Positions 1 through 13,964 of a stretch of DNA of 64,000 nucleotides are shown piece by piece. The notes under the pieces are model-generated. The model saw nothing but the letters and a program-made list of their open reading frames with translations, did no database searches and was not told where the DNA came from. Both the position numbers and the translations under genes were made by a program. Source of the stretch: Macrostomum hystrix. Taxonomy: Eukaryota > Animalia > Platyhelminthes. The first letter of the stretch is position 1. Every line of letters starts with the position of its first letter. The DNA lies in contig CATNEN010000001.1 in the NCBI GenBank assembly GCA_950097015.1, positions 4,588,001-4,652,000 on the forward strand. Reading direction: 5' to 3'.

Positions 1-35
1 TAATGAAGTATAATAAAGTATGAAATAAACATATA

Positions 36-496
36 GGATCCTAGACACTTCATCATCTTACAACTTCATCATCTTACAACTTCGTCATTTCACAACTTCA
101 TCATCCACTTGGAAGGTAAGACAGTTTGTCATCCAGCCAATTGGCAAGCTTTAAAGTTTGGTCAGTTTGTCATCTACTAATAACAAGCAATCAAGTTCAT
201 CATCAATAAAGTGAGGGTGGGGTGGTAGGGCAGAGGTGTGAACACACTTCACACTCTAAATTGTCAAAAAGAGGTGTCAAAACTGATTTCATCATAAGAG
301 TTGAAAGATAGGTGCCAACACGATGTGAGTAGGGGTGGGGAGGGGTGGTTCTGTTCTAACTTTGAAAACTTGTTTTATAGATGACGAAGTGTCCACAAGT
401 CTAAGTCTCTTCGTCATCCACCCTCTGAGATATTGGACAGATTGTCATCTGGATGACAAAGTTGTAGGCCTAAGATGACAAAGTGTCCAGGTACCC
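36..496. mobile_element. Non-autonomous DNA transposon (MITE-like) with GG...CC termini and 8-bp TSD
   Basis: Left end ggatcctagacacttcatcatc is roughly the reverse complement of right end gatgacaaagtgtccaggtaccc. Subterminal (caacttcatcatc) repeats. aacatata flanks both sides (28-35, 497-504). Confidence 0.75.
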
Positions 497-2304
497 AACA
501 TATATTAGCTAGGCCATTGAATAACAATTACAATGTGCATGAAAAAGTCATTTTAGGATTTGCAATGCTTGCTAGAGTTGCACAGCCATAATGTTTAACT
601 GTGTGTGGCTAAACATTTATTCTTGAGTCTCTTACACAATGATTAATCTGGAATGATTCAATGAGTCTGGAATAGAATTAACATAGGCCTACTTCAGCTT
701 TATCTATCACGAAACTTACAATATAGAATAGGTTCACATAGGAGGGAAACATATACTTTTATTTGTATTGCTACATTGCTAGGTAGCAAAGTAGCATAGG
801 CCTATAAAGTCATATATTGCAAGGTAGCTAGCCTAAGGCCTAAGCAAAAAGCAAACTAGGCCTAGACTAGGATTGCGATTAGCTAACAATCAAAAGCTGT
901 AGTAAAGTACTAGATGGCGTTAAAAGAAGAATCGAGAGCCTAATTTGTGTTTTCTACATAACTCCACTATGATAGTGCATTATTACATATCATTTTAAAG
1001 AAGGCAAAACACAAAAGGAGTGTAATATTTGTAAGGCTTAAAAAATTAAATGAAAAAAGGCGAATGAAAAATTCTGAATAGTTTTAAAAAATGACTTATA
1101 ACGGATGAAGAAAGACACAACGAATTGATGATAGTTTGATTAATAATTATGTGAAGAATACGTAGCATATAGATATAAAAATATAATCTGATATATTCAG
1201 TAATTCAGATATAATCAGATATAAAAATATCTCAACTTAAAATAAAAAAGTAAAATACATAATACGAAAAGAAATACAAGTTAAAATAAGAAACGTGGCT
1301 AAAAATTAACACAGATAAACAATCTAAAAGTTATAAATATTATTAAAAGTTTGTTATGTAAAGAGAAGGCCCCTATGAAGAAAAAGATACGTTTTTTACA
1401 CAACAGAATAAAATATTTTCTTGCCGTATGGTTTTTATTGTTTGCATTGTTATTGCATTGTTTTTAGTAACATTTATTTAGTAAACGCATAAAAAATGTG
1501 CAACCCTAGAGACGGTGCTGTGAAGAATAAAAGTTAATTGGTCGTAGGGGTTAAAAGTTTACTACATATTTACCTTCAGATAGATTTCTGGAAGACAAAC
1601 CAACGTAATATATGTGTTGGGATTGTTACTAATACAGTTACGACGTTCCCACACAGTAACGAATACGGAGAGCGAGGAGAGCGCAGTAGTGAGCGCAATT
1701 GTGATATCTTGTGTATGAACTTATGTAAGGACTGAGAAAGTCGTATTCCTCCCCGATGGTTCCCTGTTTAGCCTTTATCTGCACAATAAGATGATTCACT
1801 TTACGGGTTGTCGTTTAAGGCTCGTTTCTTTGAAAACATATTCTCTGGTTTGAACGTTGAGTCCACCAAGCTCTCGCGCTAAAGAAGTCGAGTTTTGTGG
1901 CTTATGCCTCAGCGAGTTGTGCATAAGTAAAATACAACCTCCACTAAAAATCGGTTTGTTTCTTTTAAAGTAATAAAATAAATTGTTAATTAAACTTGCA
2001 GACAATTTTGTGGGCAGTCAAAGATATAGAAAGCCTTTGCAATTTTACAATTGCATATATAATTTAGCTACTAGTAGCTTTGAAAATGTCATATTGTTAT
2101 TCCCTAAAGTAAAGTCCGATTCAAAAGCTGACATTATTGCTATTAAAGCTGATATTAACTATTACCAGTAGTTAAGAATACATCTTAGATTTTTTAAGCT
2201 CAACTCTTTATTAAGAATATTTATTGAGTCAATCTAGAAAGTGTATGTTAAATTCTAAAGCTGCGAACGTGCTTAGCTCAGATTTATTTTTTGTGTCATT
2301 ATTA

Positions 2305-5300
2305 ATGTCGGATGAAAAAGATATATTGTTTACCTCTGCATCAACTGTACCAAAGTCTACAGTTAAAAAGAGTCGTACCTATGGCTCAACATCTAAAAGT
2401 TCTTCAACAACTACACCTAAGACAACGTTTCATAAAGTTAAACCCACTGATACACTAGTATCATTGGCCATAAAATATGAGACCTCAGTAAGTAAATCAA
2501 AATAAGTCACATTGCTTAGATATTTTTATAAGCACAAATGTGACTTGTCATGTGCCATATATCATGTGCCATGTGTCATGTGTCAAATAATATATATATG
2601 TTAACTGCTTTAAAAATGGTGGTTGCCAGTTGGTTTTGTTGGTGTTTTCGGATGTGACTCATTTGAATGGGGTCTAACATGCAGAATAAGACATTGTGTA
2701 ACATGTATACTAACATAATAGAAAATATATGTGACTTTTGCCACAAGTTAAACAAATTACAAAGACAAATTTTTTTCTTTGTCTGAAGGTCTATGTAAAT
2801 GACACTATTTAGCATTTTTTATCTAATCAAGGCTAGCTATTAAAGTTTGCTAAGTTAAAAAGCATCAAAGTTAACATAGGAAAAAGTTAGCTTTCAATCA
2901 ATAATAAAAGTTGTATTTATTCTATTATGTAATTGTACAGGGTCCCAGGTCATTTTGGTGACAAGACATTTCGGTGACAGTCATTTTGGTGACAGAATTG
3001 GTCAGTTTGGTGACAACTATTTTTGCACCTAAATATGCTGAGAAAACAGCCTTCCATGATCCAGCAGCTGCTTAAAGCCTGCACTTGCCTTGTCAATTCA
3101 AAACTTGAAAAATGATAATTATACTTATTTAATTAGGAACAAATAACCATTGAAACTACTGAGTACTCATTAAATTATTTAATAATTTAACTCATTTAAA
3201 GGGGCGAGTGGGTCAGTGGCTAACATCGCTGCCTCGCACTCCAAAGGACACTAGTTCAATTCACCCTTCAAGTCACGATTAATTTCGGGACTTGTTGGGG
3301 GGTTTGGACAGTAGCAACTGGCGGAGGTGCACCATATTTCGTGCAATCAAAGCTTGAAATAATAGCTTCGCTCCTACCTTCTGTGTGCCTGTTCTGCGTT
3401 GTGTGAGTTGTGTGCATTGGCGCTGGGGCGTGAGGCCTTGGGGGGTGGCTGGGGGGCAGGTGTACCGCCAAGCGCTTTCTGGACTTCCGTCAGCGCGATT
3501 GGATAAGTGTACACTTATCACCCAGCCCCCCCTGACGGACTGATTTCTTATCAGCCTTCCGCCCTGGCTTAGGTCTGCTATGTGCATGTGGGGCTGGGGT
3601 GGGGGACACTACTGCCTATTCTGGGTGCCTCCTGCCCTCCCTAGCTGGTCTGTGCTGCTGTGTGTGGTGCCTGCTCAGGGGAGGCGGCGCGATGGGCGCA
3701 AAAGCGCCTAGTTTGCCAGTCTGGGGGCGTGCCGCTCCGTTGCTTGTGTAACAAGTGCCCCGGGCCCCCTGCAAAGAGATAGATAGAACTCATTTAAAGT
3801 AAAACCCAGACTTAATCAGAGCAATGCAGCTTCTTATTAGGCCTAATACTTATAGCATCTACTATATTGAGCTTATCATTCAAACTCTGTGGTAAGGAGA
3901 TAGCAATGAGTAGGCAAGGCTGTTTTTTTAGCAAATTTAAGTACAAAAATAGTTGTCACCAATCTGACCAATTATGTCACTGAAATGACTTGAGTTGTCA
4001 CCAAAATGACTGTCACCAAAATGACCTGTGGACCTTGTACAGAATAGTAAATAAAATTCAATGTAGCCAGATTCCTACTTCTTTATGCTAATTTTATATT
4101 AGCTTTATTCTTATAATCTTTAAATAATCTTTTTTTCTATAAGCTAAAAGTTCTAATTTGTCTTATATGATCTCAAAGGGTGGTGACTTTTAATGTTGCT
4201 GAGTGTAGTTTGAATCAAGTTTCAAGTTTGTGTTTTGCACTGAAAATATTGCTAAGCTTATGAGCAATCTGAAATCAATTGTCTCAAACTCTTGCTGCAG
4301 GTGTTGAATACGAGTACAAGCTTAATTGTTCTGGTGACCAGAACAACTCCTATACAGAAAATAATAAATGACACCTGTGATAGGAGTTGGAAAGCATTGG
4401 CTAAAAAACTGCCGTTAATGAGCATCTGCTCACCTATTATAGCTGATGTGATGTTTAACCACACAATTTTTTTGTCTTTAGAATCCTGTAGGAATGATTA
4501 AGTCTATGTACATTAAAGCCCAACAACCTATTTTTAACAGTCAGCTCACCATTACAACAAGCTAGCTGTTATCTTTAATTTGTTCAGCTCACAAAAATAC
4601 CAGACTAGACTGACCTGATTTGTACCAAGTTTTTTCACCCAAAACTTCTATACCCAACTATGTTTATAAATTTTTAACTGACTCAACAGCGACTCAAGTC
4701 ACTTTTCCTCAAGCAAGCTACATTACCTAAATTCTACTTTTCTTTTTGTTAAAGTTGGTTCCCGTGTTTATTAAAATATGTATGTTGACCCTTCAGATAG
4801 CCTACCCATTATATTTTAAATTTGTTTTATCAGTTTAATTACTTACTCTATATTGGTTTTTTGTACTATTTAAAGGTTTATCCTTCCACTTTTATATATT
4901 GGCTTATTCTTGGCTGTAACTATTTTTTTCTAGCTAAAATGTTTCTTCAATTACTTTTATTCAATAAGTCTATATGATATGTTATAAAGTAATTTAGTTA
5001 TAAATATAAAGCAATTTTTACTAACCAATCAGTTAGTTAGAATTTTTATAGCAAATTATGAATTATATCTTAATAGTTTCCTATGGCTTTCGGATAGTTC
5101 TTGTATAGTTATAATCCTGTAGAATATAATATTTGTTGAGAATAAGACAATTCATTTTATACTTCATCTACTAGTTAGTCTAGTTGTAGATATAATTATA
5201 ATTAAGCCAATAAATAAAAAGCCTTTAAGATGGCTAAAACTATAAGTTGGCCTCTTTGTCTTACAATGTTGTTTATGCAATGTGCTCCCTTTAATATCTA

Positions 5301-8208
5301 TATTTTTTGTATCTATTACACTCTGTTTATTATAAAATAATGCAAAAATATAAACCAATTAGAATTTGAGCTATTTATTGCAAAACATTTATTTATTGAA
5401 ATAATTAAATTTATTTCAGGTATTCTTATTGGTTTTCTATAAATCATTCCAATCATGCATATATTTTATAAATCAGTATTAAATTATTTGCAATAAAAAA
5501 CTCTTTTTTACTATAACATATATAAGCTAAAGCATTTTTGATTTGTAATACAGGTCGAAGAGCTGAAGCGTCTAAATGGCCTGTGGAGCAATGACGGCCT
5601 GCAGTTAAAACCGTCCATCAAAGTGCCGGAATCGTCTGCAGGCTCTAGTTCAACAGCTTCGTCTAGAAATCCGACACCAACAGCGATGACTAGTGGCGGT
5701 TCTGCCGCTCTCGTAAGCTTGGAACAGTTTGTCAGCGAAGATGACGCAGAGCCGGCGACACCAGATGCTCCAGCTGCGACGGCAGCAACAGCAGCTTCAT
5801 CCACTGCAAAGCAGCCAACGAAATCAGGTGCCGGTGCTTCTGTTTCGCGTTCGAAAACGTTTTCTAACGAGCGTGACTTTAGCGAAATGGATTCTGGAGA
5901 GTTTCTAAGGAAATTCGATTTACAATTTATGCAAATAAAGACAAACATTGAAAAACTCGAGAACGAAAGCAGGTAAGTTTATTTCGATGTTCTTGGATGC
6001 TAGACACTTTTTTCTAGTTTCTTCCTTCAGGACCAGCTCCCCGAGATTCTTCAGGACCAGCTCCCTAGATTCTTCCTTCAGGACCAGCTCCCTAGATTCT
6101 TCCTTCAGGACCAGCTCCCTAGATTCTTCCTTCAGGACCAGCTCCCCGAGATTCTTCAGGACCAGCTCCCCTAGATTCTTCAGGACCAGCTCCCTAGATT
6201 CTTCAGGACCAGCTCCCCTAGATTCTTCCTTCAGGACCAGCTCCCTGAGATTCTTCAGGACCAGCTCCCCTAGATTCTTCAGGACCAGCTCCCTAGATTC
6301 TTCCTTCAGGACCAGCTCCCTGAGATTCTTCAGGACCAGCTCCCTAGATTCTTCAGGACCAGCTCCCCTAGATTCTTCAGGACCAGCTCCCCTAGATTCT
6401 TCAGGACCAGCTCCCCTAGATTCTTCAGGACCAGCTCCCCTAGATTCTTCAGGACCAGCTCCCCTAGATTCTTCCCGAAAGTCTTCAGGACCACTCTCCG
6501 AAAGTCTTCAGGACCAGCTCCCTGAGATTCTTCAGGACCAGCTCCCCTAGATTCTTCAAGACCAGCTCCCTAGATTCTTCCTTCAGGACCAGCTCCCTAG
6601 ATTCTTCCTTCAGGACCAGCTCCCTAGATTCTTCCATCAGGACCAGCTCCCTAGATTCTTCCATCAGGACCAGCTCCCCGAGATTCTTCAGGACCAGCTC
6701 CCTAGATTCTTCTTTCAGGACCAGCTCCCCGAAATTATTCCTTCAGGAACAGCTTCTTCCCGAAATTCTTCCTTCAGGACCAGCTCCCCGAGATTCTTCA
6801 GGACCAGCTCCCCGAAATTCTCCCTTCAGGACCAGCTTCCTAAGATTCTTCAGGACCAGCTCCCCGAGATTCTTCAGGACCAGCTCCCCGAAATTCTCCC
6901 TTCAGGACCAGCTTCCTAAGATTCTTCAGGACCAGCTCCCCGAGATTCTTCACGACCACTCTCCGAAAGTCTTCAGGACCATTTTTCGAAAGTCTTCAGG
7001 ACCACTCTCCAAAAGTCTTCAGGGCCACTCTTTAAAAGTCTTCAGGACCATTCTCCAAAAGTCTTCAGGACCATTCTCTAAAGTCTTCAGCACCATTCTC
7101 CAGAAGTCTTCAGGACCACTCTCCAAAAGTCTTTAGGACCATTCTCCGAAAGTCTTCAGGACCATTTTTCGAAAGTCTTCAGGACCACTCTCCAAAAGTC
7201 TTCAGGGCCACTCTTTAAAAGTCTTCAGGACCATTCTCCAAAAGTCTTCAGGACCATTCTCTAAAGTCTTCAGCACCATTCTCCAGAAGTCTTCAGGACC
7301 ACTCTCCAAAAGTCTTCAGGACCACTCTCCAAAAGTCTTCAGGACCACTCTCCAAAAGTCTTCAGGACCACTCTCTAAAGTCTTCAGCACCATTCTCCAG
7401 AAGTCTTCAGGACCACTCTCCAAAAGTCTTTAGGACCATTCTCCAAAAGTCTTCAGGACCACTCTCCAAAAGTCTTCAGGACCATTCTCCAAAAGTCTTC
7501 AGGACCATTCTCTAAAGTCTTCAGCACCATTCTCCAGAAGTCTTCAGGACCACTCTCCAAAAGTCTTCAGGACCACTCTCCAAAAGTCTTCAGGACCACT
7601 CTCCAAAAGTCTTCAGGACCACTCTCTAAAGTCTTCAGCACCATTCTCCAGAAGTCTTCAGGACCACTCTCCAAAAGTCTTTAGGACCATTCTCCAAAAG
7701 TCTTCAGGACCACTCTCCAAAAGTCTTCAGGACCATTCTCCAAAAGTCTTCAGGACCACTCTCCAAAAGTCTTCAGGACCACTCTCCAAAAGTCTTCAGG
7801 ACCACTCTCCAAAAGTCTTCAGGACCACTCTCTGAAAGTCCTCAGGACCCTTCTCCGAAAGTCAAAGCTCACCGAGATTTTTAAGGACCACTTAAAAAAT
7901 TACCTTCCCTTGTCGGCAGTTTTTTAGAGTGTAAATTTAAAAGAATGTATACATTTTCTACCAGCCTATCAGAGGAGGACACGGCAGCTGCCTACAGTTG
8001 CATGCCGTCTAGGAGAACAGCTAGATACATGCACAGCAGGCACGCACTGCGCTCCGCGCCAATCACACCCGCCGCTATTGGCGGCGTTGGTGTAGCGGCT
8101 ATGGTTGATTCAACGCGCGACTTTCTAGCCAATCCGGAGCTAGTGGTTCGTTCCCAACAGACTTTACCAACTTCATCCGAAGCTGAAGAAACTTTCTATA
8201 AGCTCTAG
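2305..8208 (+). CDS. LysM-domain protein (LYSMD1/2-like), 3 exons, ~281 aa
   Basis: Exons 2305-2487, 5554-5972 and 7965-8208 with GT-AG introns (phases 0 and 2). Splicing restores the LysM motif HKVKPTDTLVSLAIKYETS|VEELKRLNGLWSNDGLQLKPSIKVP. C-terminal EFLRKFDLQF helix resembles LYSMD proteins. Confidence 0.85.
2941..4034. mobile_element. Non-autonomous DNA transposon with long TIRs (ggtcc...ggacc) and 8-bp TSD, in LysM intron 1
   Basis: TIR ggtcccaggtcattttggtgac / gtcaccaaaatgacctgtggacc with internal (gtcattttggtgaca) repeats; inverted similarity extends over ~100 bp. TSD ttgtacag at 2933-2940 and 4035-4042. Confidence 0.85.
3201..3786 (+). mobile_element. tRNA-derived SINE (family A) nested in the DNA transposon
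   Basis: tRNA-like head with A box (gtgggtcagtgg) and B box (gttcaattc), GC-rich body, (gata) tail, and TSD aactcatttaaa at 3189-3200 and 3787-3798. Confidence 0.8.
6018..7862. repeat. Two related 23-27 bp minisatellites filling LysM intron 2
   Basis: Unit ttcttc(cttc)aggaccagctcccctaga to ~6950, then aaaagtcttcaggaccactctcc. Confidence 0.95.
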
Positions 8209-9149
8209 AGAATAATAGAACATTGTTTTTGAACTGAACAAACAATTATTGGAAGCCGCTGATTAAGTATTTTTAGTGTAGCGTTTAAGACACTAAAAAT
8301 ATGTCTGTAGGCTTTCTGTTTGTGACGCTAAACTACTGTCATCATTCCATTCAGTCTCTATAGATTCAGTTTTCAATGTAGTTGCTAACGTATATATTAT
8401 TGACATTGTATATGTTTTTATCTTGCTTTCCCAAAAATGCACATAAAACTTGTCTAGAACATTTGGTGGGGACAGGTTGGTCAATGGGCAGTTAAATTGA
8501 GTTGAATTATTAGAAAATTGAATTATTGAGCTTTGAATGTCAGATGAATGAATTATTGATTCGTTGTGTAAGAAAATTTACTTTTGCAGGAAAGCAAGTA
8601 AAACTCTTAACTCATCACAGATGCGTTAATTAAACGAACTACCAAATTGATTTCATTCATTATTTAGCTGCTTTTCTAGGGTTTTTATTTCGCTAATATA
8701 AATTCTAATTAAGTTATTCAAGTTTACAGTCCTGTGTCTTGTAATTTCAAAGCTGAATGTCTGTGTGGCTGGTTACATGAACGCACTAAAATTATGAAAA
8801 ACATGTCTTGCCACAATTATCATAGTTTTTTGGTGTCACAATTTCCTAGAGAACAAATTAAAACACTTTTTTTATTTGTGAACGATTGCACACAGCAACT
8901 GTGAACAGTCGTGATTTCTTACCAACGCATTAAATAAGAAATAATAGACTATATTCCATTCCTAAATATATATATTATTATGTATAAAAAATTAATTATA
9001 CCAGCTTTTTTAATTGATGCGTCAGTCAAAGTCACAGAGTTACATGTAAGGCGAGTGCATTGTTTTTTATCGGTTTGTGAATTAAAAATCTATTGCGAAA
9101 TTAGTGTAGCATTTTTTTCTTTGTTATAGCACTCGCTCCAGCCACACCG

Positions 9150-10150
9150 CCGCCCCAAAATGTACGCACAATCCAGCCCAGCCCTCACCCGCCACCCCAA
9201 AATGTACGCACAATCCAGCCCAGCCATCACGCACCACCCCAAAATGTACGCACAATCCAGCCCAGCCATCACCCGCCACCCCAAAATGTACGCACAATCC
9301 AGCCCAGCCCTCACCCGCCTCCCCAAAATGTACCCACAGTCCAGACCAGCCCTCACGCGCCACCCCAAAATGTACGCACAATCCAGCCCAGCCATCACCC
9401 GCCTCCCCAAAATGTACGCACAATCCAGCCCAGCCCTCACCCGCCTCCCCAAAATGTACGCACAATCCAGCCCAGCCATCACCCGCCACCCCAAAATGTA
9501 CGCACAATCCAGCCCAGCCATCACCCGCCTCCCCAAAATGTACGCACAATCCAGCCCAGCCCTCACCCGCCTCCCCAAAATGTACGCACAGTCCAGACCA
9601 GCCCTCACGCACCACCCCAAAATGTACGCACAATCCAGCCCAGCCCTCACCCGCCTCCCCAAAATGTACGCACAATCCAGCCCAGCCCTCACCCGCCTCC
9701 CCAAAATGTACGCACAATCCAGCCCAGCCATCACCCGCCACCCCAAAATGTACGCACAATCCAGCCCAGCCATCACCCGCCTCCCCAAAATGTACGCACA
9801 ATCCAGCCCAGCCCTCACCCGCCTCCCCAAAATGTACGCACAGTCCAGACCAGCCCTCACGCACCACCCCAAAATGTACGCACAATCCAGCCCAGCCCTC
9901 ACCCGCCTCCCCAAAATGTACGCACAGTCCAGACCAGCCCTCACGCGCCACCCCAAAATGTACGCACAATCCAGCCCAGCCCTCACCCGCCTCCCCAAAA
10001 TGTACGCACAATCCAGCCCAGCCCTCACCCGCCTCCCCAAAATGTACGCACAATCCAGCCCAGCCCTCACCCGCCTCCCCAAAATCTACGCACAATCCAT
10101 CCCAGTCTCACCCGCCGCCTTAAAATGTACGCACAATCCAGCCCAGCCCT
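9150..10150. repeat. 42-bp minisatellite between LysM gene and QDPR
   Basis: Unit ccccaaaatgtacgcacaatccagcccagccctcacccgcct, ~24 copies. Confidence 0.95.
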
Positions 10151-11102
10151 TACTAGAACCCAAAACTTACCAAAAGAAGTGTTTGCGCTCCAATGGGTCT
10201 TTAAATTTCAACAAACAAAAGAAGCTGTAATTATCTTCTGCTAATATTCTTCCCAGCTTTCGTTTATAGCAATATAAGTACTTTAAATTGTTGATTTAAT
10301 TATTTTTGCTTCCTTATGTTTCGCTACTGTTCGTGTTGTATTTTGTTAATCTTTAAAACACAATCCTTGAAAAGCCAAATGGCTTAGTTGTTTACAATAA
10401 TTATCTACATGTAGCACGATTAATATATATATATATTTGTGCCATCCTTATTTCGTCTTAATTTATATACTCGTATATATATTTGTAGATTTATAGTTTT
10501 TGTGGCGCAAATTTACTAAATAATTACATCTGATGTAAAAGTTTTCTGCTTTTCAAGGAAAGAAATGTAATAATGTATTTATTTAAGGTTTTTAACAGTG
10601 GTGCTAAATAATTTTGGTCTACTAAAACAAGGCACAATGTCCTTAGTAATTATTGTAAATTGATATTTGTTATTGATTCTATTAAAAATTTCACATTATT
10701 ATATAATTTTTAATCAAGTATAGCTTTGGGTTGTCCTGTCTAACATAATTATATATTAATACTATAGTGGTATGTTAGCAAGATGTTGTATTTGTTATCT
10801 GTGTCCCTAAGTCAAGTCTTTGCTATGCTTTAAATCAACTCCTTATAATTGTCTTCTTGTTTTCTATACAAAAATTTCTGCTGTCTGTAAAACTGATTTG
10901 CAATAACTCTCCGATTACTACGAAATTTCGTTATCAACATTTATTTTTATTTGAACAAATTGAACATTGATCAAATTATTCTTGATTGTGTTATTTTGTT
11001 TCCGTTTAACTCGTAGTCTTTGTGTCTCTTACTTTTAAGACCAAATTTTAAAATGTTAGTTTATTGTCAACACGAGTTATCTAGTTATAAAGAGTCTTTT
11101 AT

Positions 11103-12070
11103 CAAATGGCAGTTGTCTGTCATGAAATGGCAGTTGTCTGTCATGAAATGGCAGTTGTCTGTCATGAAATGGCAGTTGTCTGTCATGAAATGGCAGTTGT
11201 CTGTCATGAAATGGCAGTTGTCTGTCATGAAATGGCAGTTGTCTGTCATGAAATGACAGTTGTCTGTTATGAAATGGCAGTTGTCTGTCATGAAATGGCA
11301 GTTGTCTGTCATGAAATGGCAGTTGTCTGTCATGAAATGGCAGTTATCTGTCATCAAATGGCAGTTGTCTGTCATTAAATGGCAGTTGTCTGTCATGAAA
11401 TGGCAGTTGTCTGTCATGAAATGGCAGTTGTCTGTCATGAAATGGCAGTTGTCTGTCATGAAATGGCAGTTGTCTGTCATGAAATGGCAGTTGTCTGTCA
11501 TGAAATGGCAGTTGTCTGTCATGAAATGGCAGTTGTCTGTCATGAAATGGCAGTTGTCTGTCATGAAATGACAGTTGTCTGTTATGAAATGGCAGTTGTC
11601 TGTCATGAAATGGCAGTTGTCTGTCATGAAATGGCAGTTGTCTGTCATGAAATGGCAGTTATCTGTCATCAAATGGCAGTTGTCTGTCATGAAATGGCAG
11701 TTGTCTGTCATGAAATGGCAGTTGTCTGTCATGAAATGGCAGTTGTCTGTCATGAAATGACAGTTGTCTGTTATGAAATGACAGTTGTCTGTTATGAAAT
11801 GGCAGTTGTCTGTCATGAAATGGCAGTTGTCTGTCATGAAATGGCAGTTGTTTGTCATGAAATAACAGCTGTTGGTCATAAAATGGCAGTTGCTGTCATA
11901 CAAATTGTTGTAAATCACAAAAGGACAGTTGTCTGTTATAAAAAACAGCTGTTGTCTATCATCAAATGGCATTGTCTGTCATCAAATGGCAGTTGTCTGT
12001 CATGAAATAGCAGTTTTCTGTCATAAAATGGCAGTTGTCTGTCATTAAATGTCAATTGTTTGTCATAAAT
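11103..12070. repeat. 21-bp minisatellite
   Basis: Unit aaatggcagttgtctgtcatg. Confidence 0.95.
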
Positions 12071-12217
12071 GTCATGTCAATATAAAAATTGCGCTTAAAA
12101 TTTTGTAATGAAAGAAAAAAAGTATATAAAAATAATATAATGATTTACTTTCCAATCCCACAGCAAAGCATTGCATCTTATCCAGAAATTTAAATTAAGC
12201 TACTAATTTGTCAAACA

Positions 12218-13372
12218 ATGTCCAGCACTAAGCGCATCCTTGTTTACGGTGGTCGGGGTGCCCTTGGCTCCGCCTGTGTTGCACATTTCAAACAACTCGG
12301 CAACTGGGTCTGCAGCGTCGACATTGCCAATAATCCGGACGCCGACGTCAGCGTAGGCGTCTCGCCTTCTTCGGCCACCCTAGCCGAACAGCACGAAGCG
12401 GTCGCTGCCGATGTTGCTAGAGTTCTTAACAATGAGAAATTAGACGCCGTGATTTGCGTGGCAGGCGGTTGGGCCGGCGGCGATGCCGGCAGCGATAATT
12501 TTGTCACTGATTGCGAACTAGTGATCCGACAGTCAGTGTGGACTAGTGTCATCGCTGCTAGCTTAGCTGCCAAACATTTGGCCAGCGGAGACTCTCTGCT
12601 AGTGCTCACTGGTGCTCAACCGGCTCTGGGACCAACGCCTGGCATGATCGGATACGGATTGGCCAAGGCTGCTGTGCATCACCTGGTTAGAGTCATGTTG
12701 TGTGCTTCTGTAACGCCTAACCTAAATACCCAGTCCGTATTCTAGATTTTCATGGCGATAAATTGAATATTTTAGGCGATACAGAAAAAAATAAAAAAAC
12801 GTGGGTAGAATGTAGCACGAGTGACATTCAGTTGGAGCATTTGTTGTGCAATCTACAAGTGAGAGTGCACACTGCCTGACAATTAGAAAGTCGGGGCAGA
12901 TGTACACACCTGTGTGAGTGTTTGCCTGCGTACGGTATCTGTGCGCGTGTGTGCACATGAGTTGTTGGCTGCGGGTCTGGTGTCACCAAATGATGTGCCA
13001 TTGCCCGCAGCCCTGCTGCAACAATCTTTATTATTAACACTTTTTCAGTGTACAAAAGTGCAAGTTCGCGATCCAAATTTTCTTTGTCGAGGATTTATTT
13101 ATTTTCACATTTTGCAGGTTCGTTCCCTCGCCGAATCGAACTCTGGACTACCATCGGGCACTCGCACTGCGGCTATACTGCCAGTAACTTTGGACACGCC
13201 AGCCAATAGGCGCGCTATGGGAGAAGCCAATGTTAGCGAATGGACGCCGTTAGATTTTGTTGCCAAGCTGATCGCTAATTGGACAATTCGTGGTGATTCC
13301 AACCAGCCTAAATCGGGCAGCCTGCTGACACTGGTTACTAAGGACTTCAAGACTGAAGTACTGCCCGCTTGA
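12218..13372 (+). CDS. QDPR: Dihydropteridine reductase (SDR family), 2 exons, ~240 aa
   Basis: Exons 12218-12685 and 13118-13372 (phase 0). Motifs VYGGRGALG, DAVICVAGGWAGG, PTPGMIGYGLAKAAVH (YxxxK) and LPVTLDTPANR, plus a WTPL segment, are diagnostic of QDPR. Confidence 0.95.
12857..13036 (+). mobile_element. 5'-truncated SINE family B copy in QDPR intron
   Basis: gtgcacactgcctgac...gtcggggcagatgtacacacctgtgtg...ggctgcgggtctggtgtcaccaaat matches the 3' half of the copy at 24555. Confidence 0.75.
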
Positions 13373-13964
13373 TTATCTTGGCCAATGACGACTATATTGG
13401 TTTAACATTTTTTTACCTGGTTAAGGCTTTGATCAATATTTCTTAGTTTTTTAGACTTCAATGAATCTCATTATGCATCGATAACAATACGTTTTATAAA
13501 GAATCGGTAACTTTTAGAAATTCCATTTCAACCGTTAATGCATAATATGCTAATTAAATAATATTTGTCGTATTTGATATAGTTTTTTCTGCTAATCTTC
13601 CATTACAGTTATTTATTTCTTTTTTGCTAGATATTTTAGAATTAATTTATCCCATTTTTTAATTGCTTTATAATGATTTTTGTTGTTTAAATTTACTTTA
13701 GTATTGTTGTTTGCAATCGAAAATAATTATATTTTTTGGTGCAATAGACTTTATTTGTTCATCTAATTAATTATTCATTCGTATTGTTCTACTAGCTTGA
13801 TTTTCTTAAACTTTTTTTACATTTAATCAATAAATTTATATAAATTCGATACTTATAATCATAAATATACCATGAATTTATTTTTATTTTAACCTTTATA
13901 AATCAACTTATCATCTCACTGTGGTCTCCCATTTATTAAGCTAATAGTAATCAGATAACAGATA

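Noticed and set aside
1538-2171. Short ORFs and a possible divergent minus-strand exon (AAG|GTAAAT near 1575)
   Set aside because: No recognisable protein and stops in all tested frames. It may be promoter or non-coding exon sequence, but the sequence alone cannot support that.
9090-10230. Long repetitive ORFs here and at 5948-6550, 11085-12005, 32393-34072, 36006-36826, 44964-45792, 47364-49900, 54134-55344 and 60095-63878
   Set aside because: All are stop-poor minisatellites lying in introns or spacers of well-supported genes.
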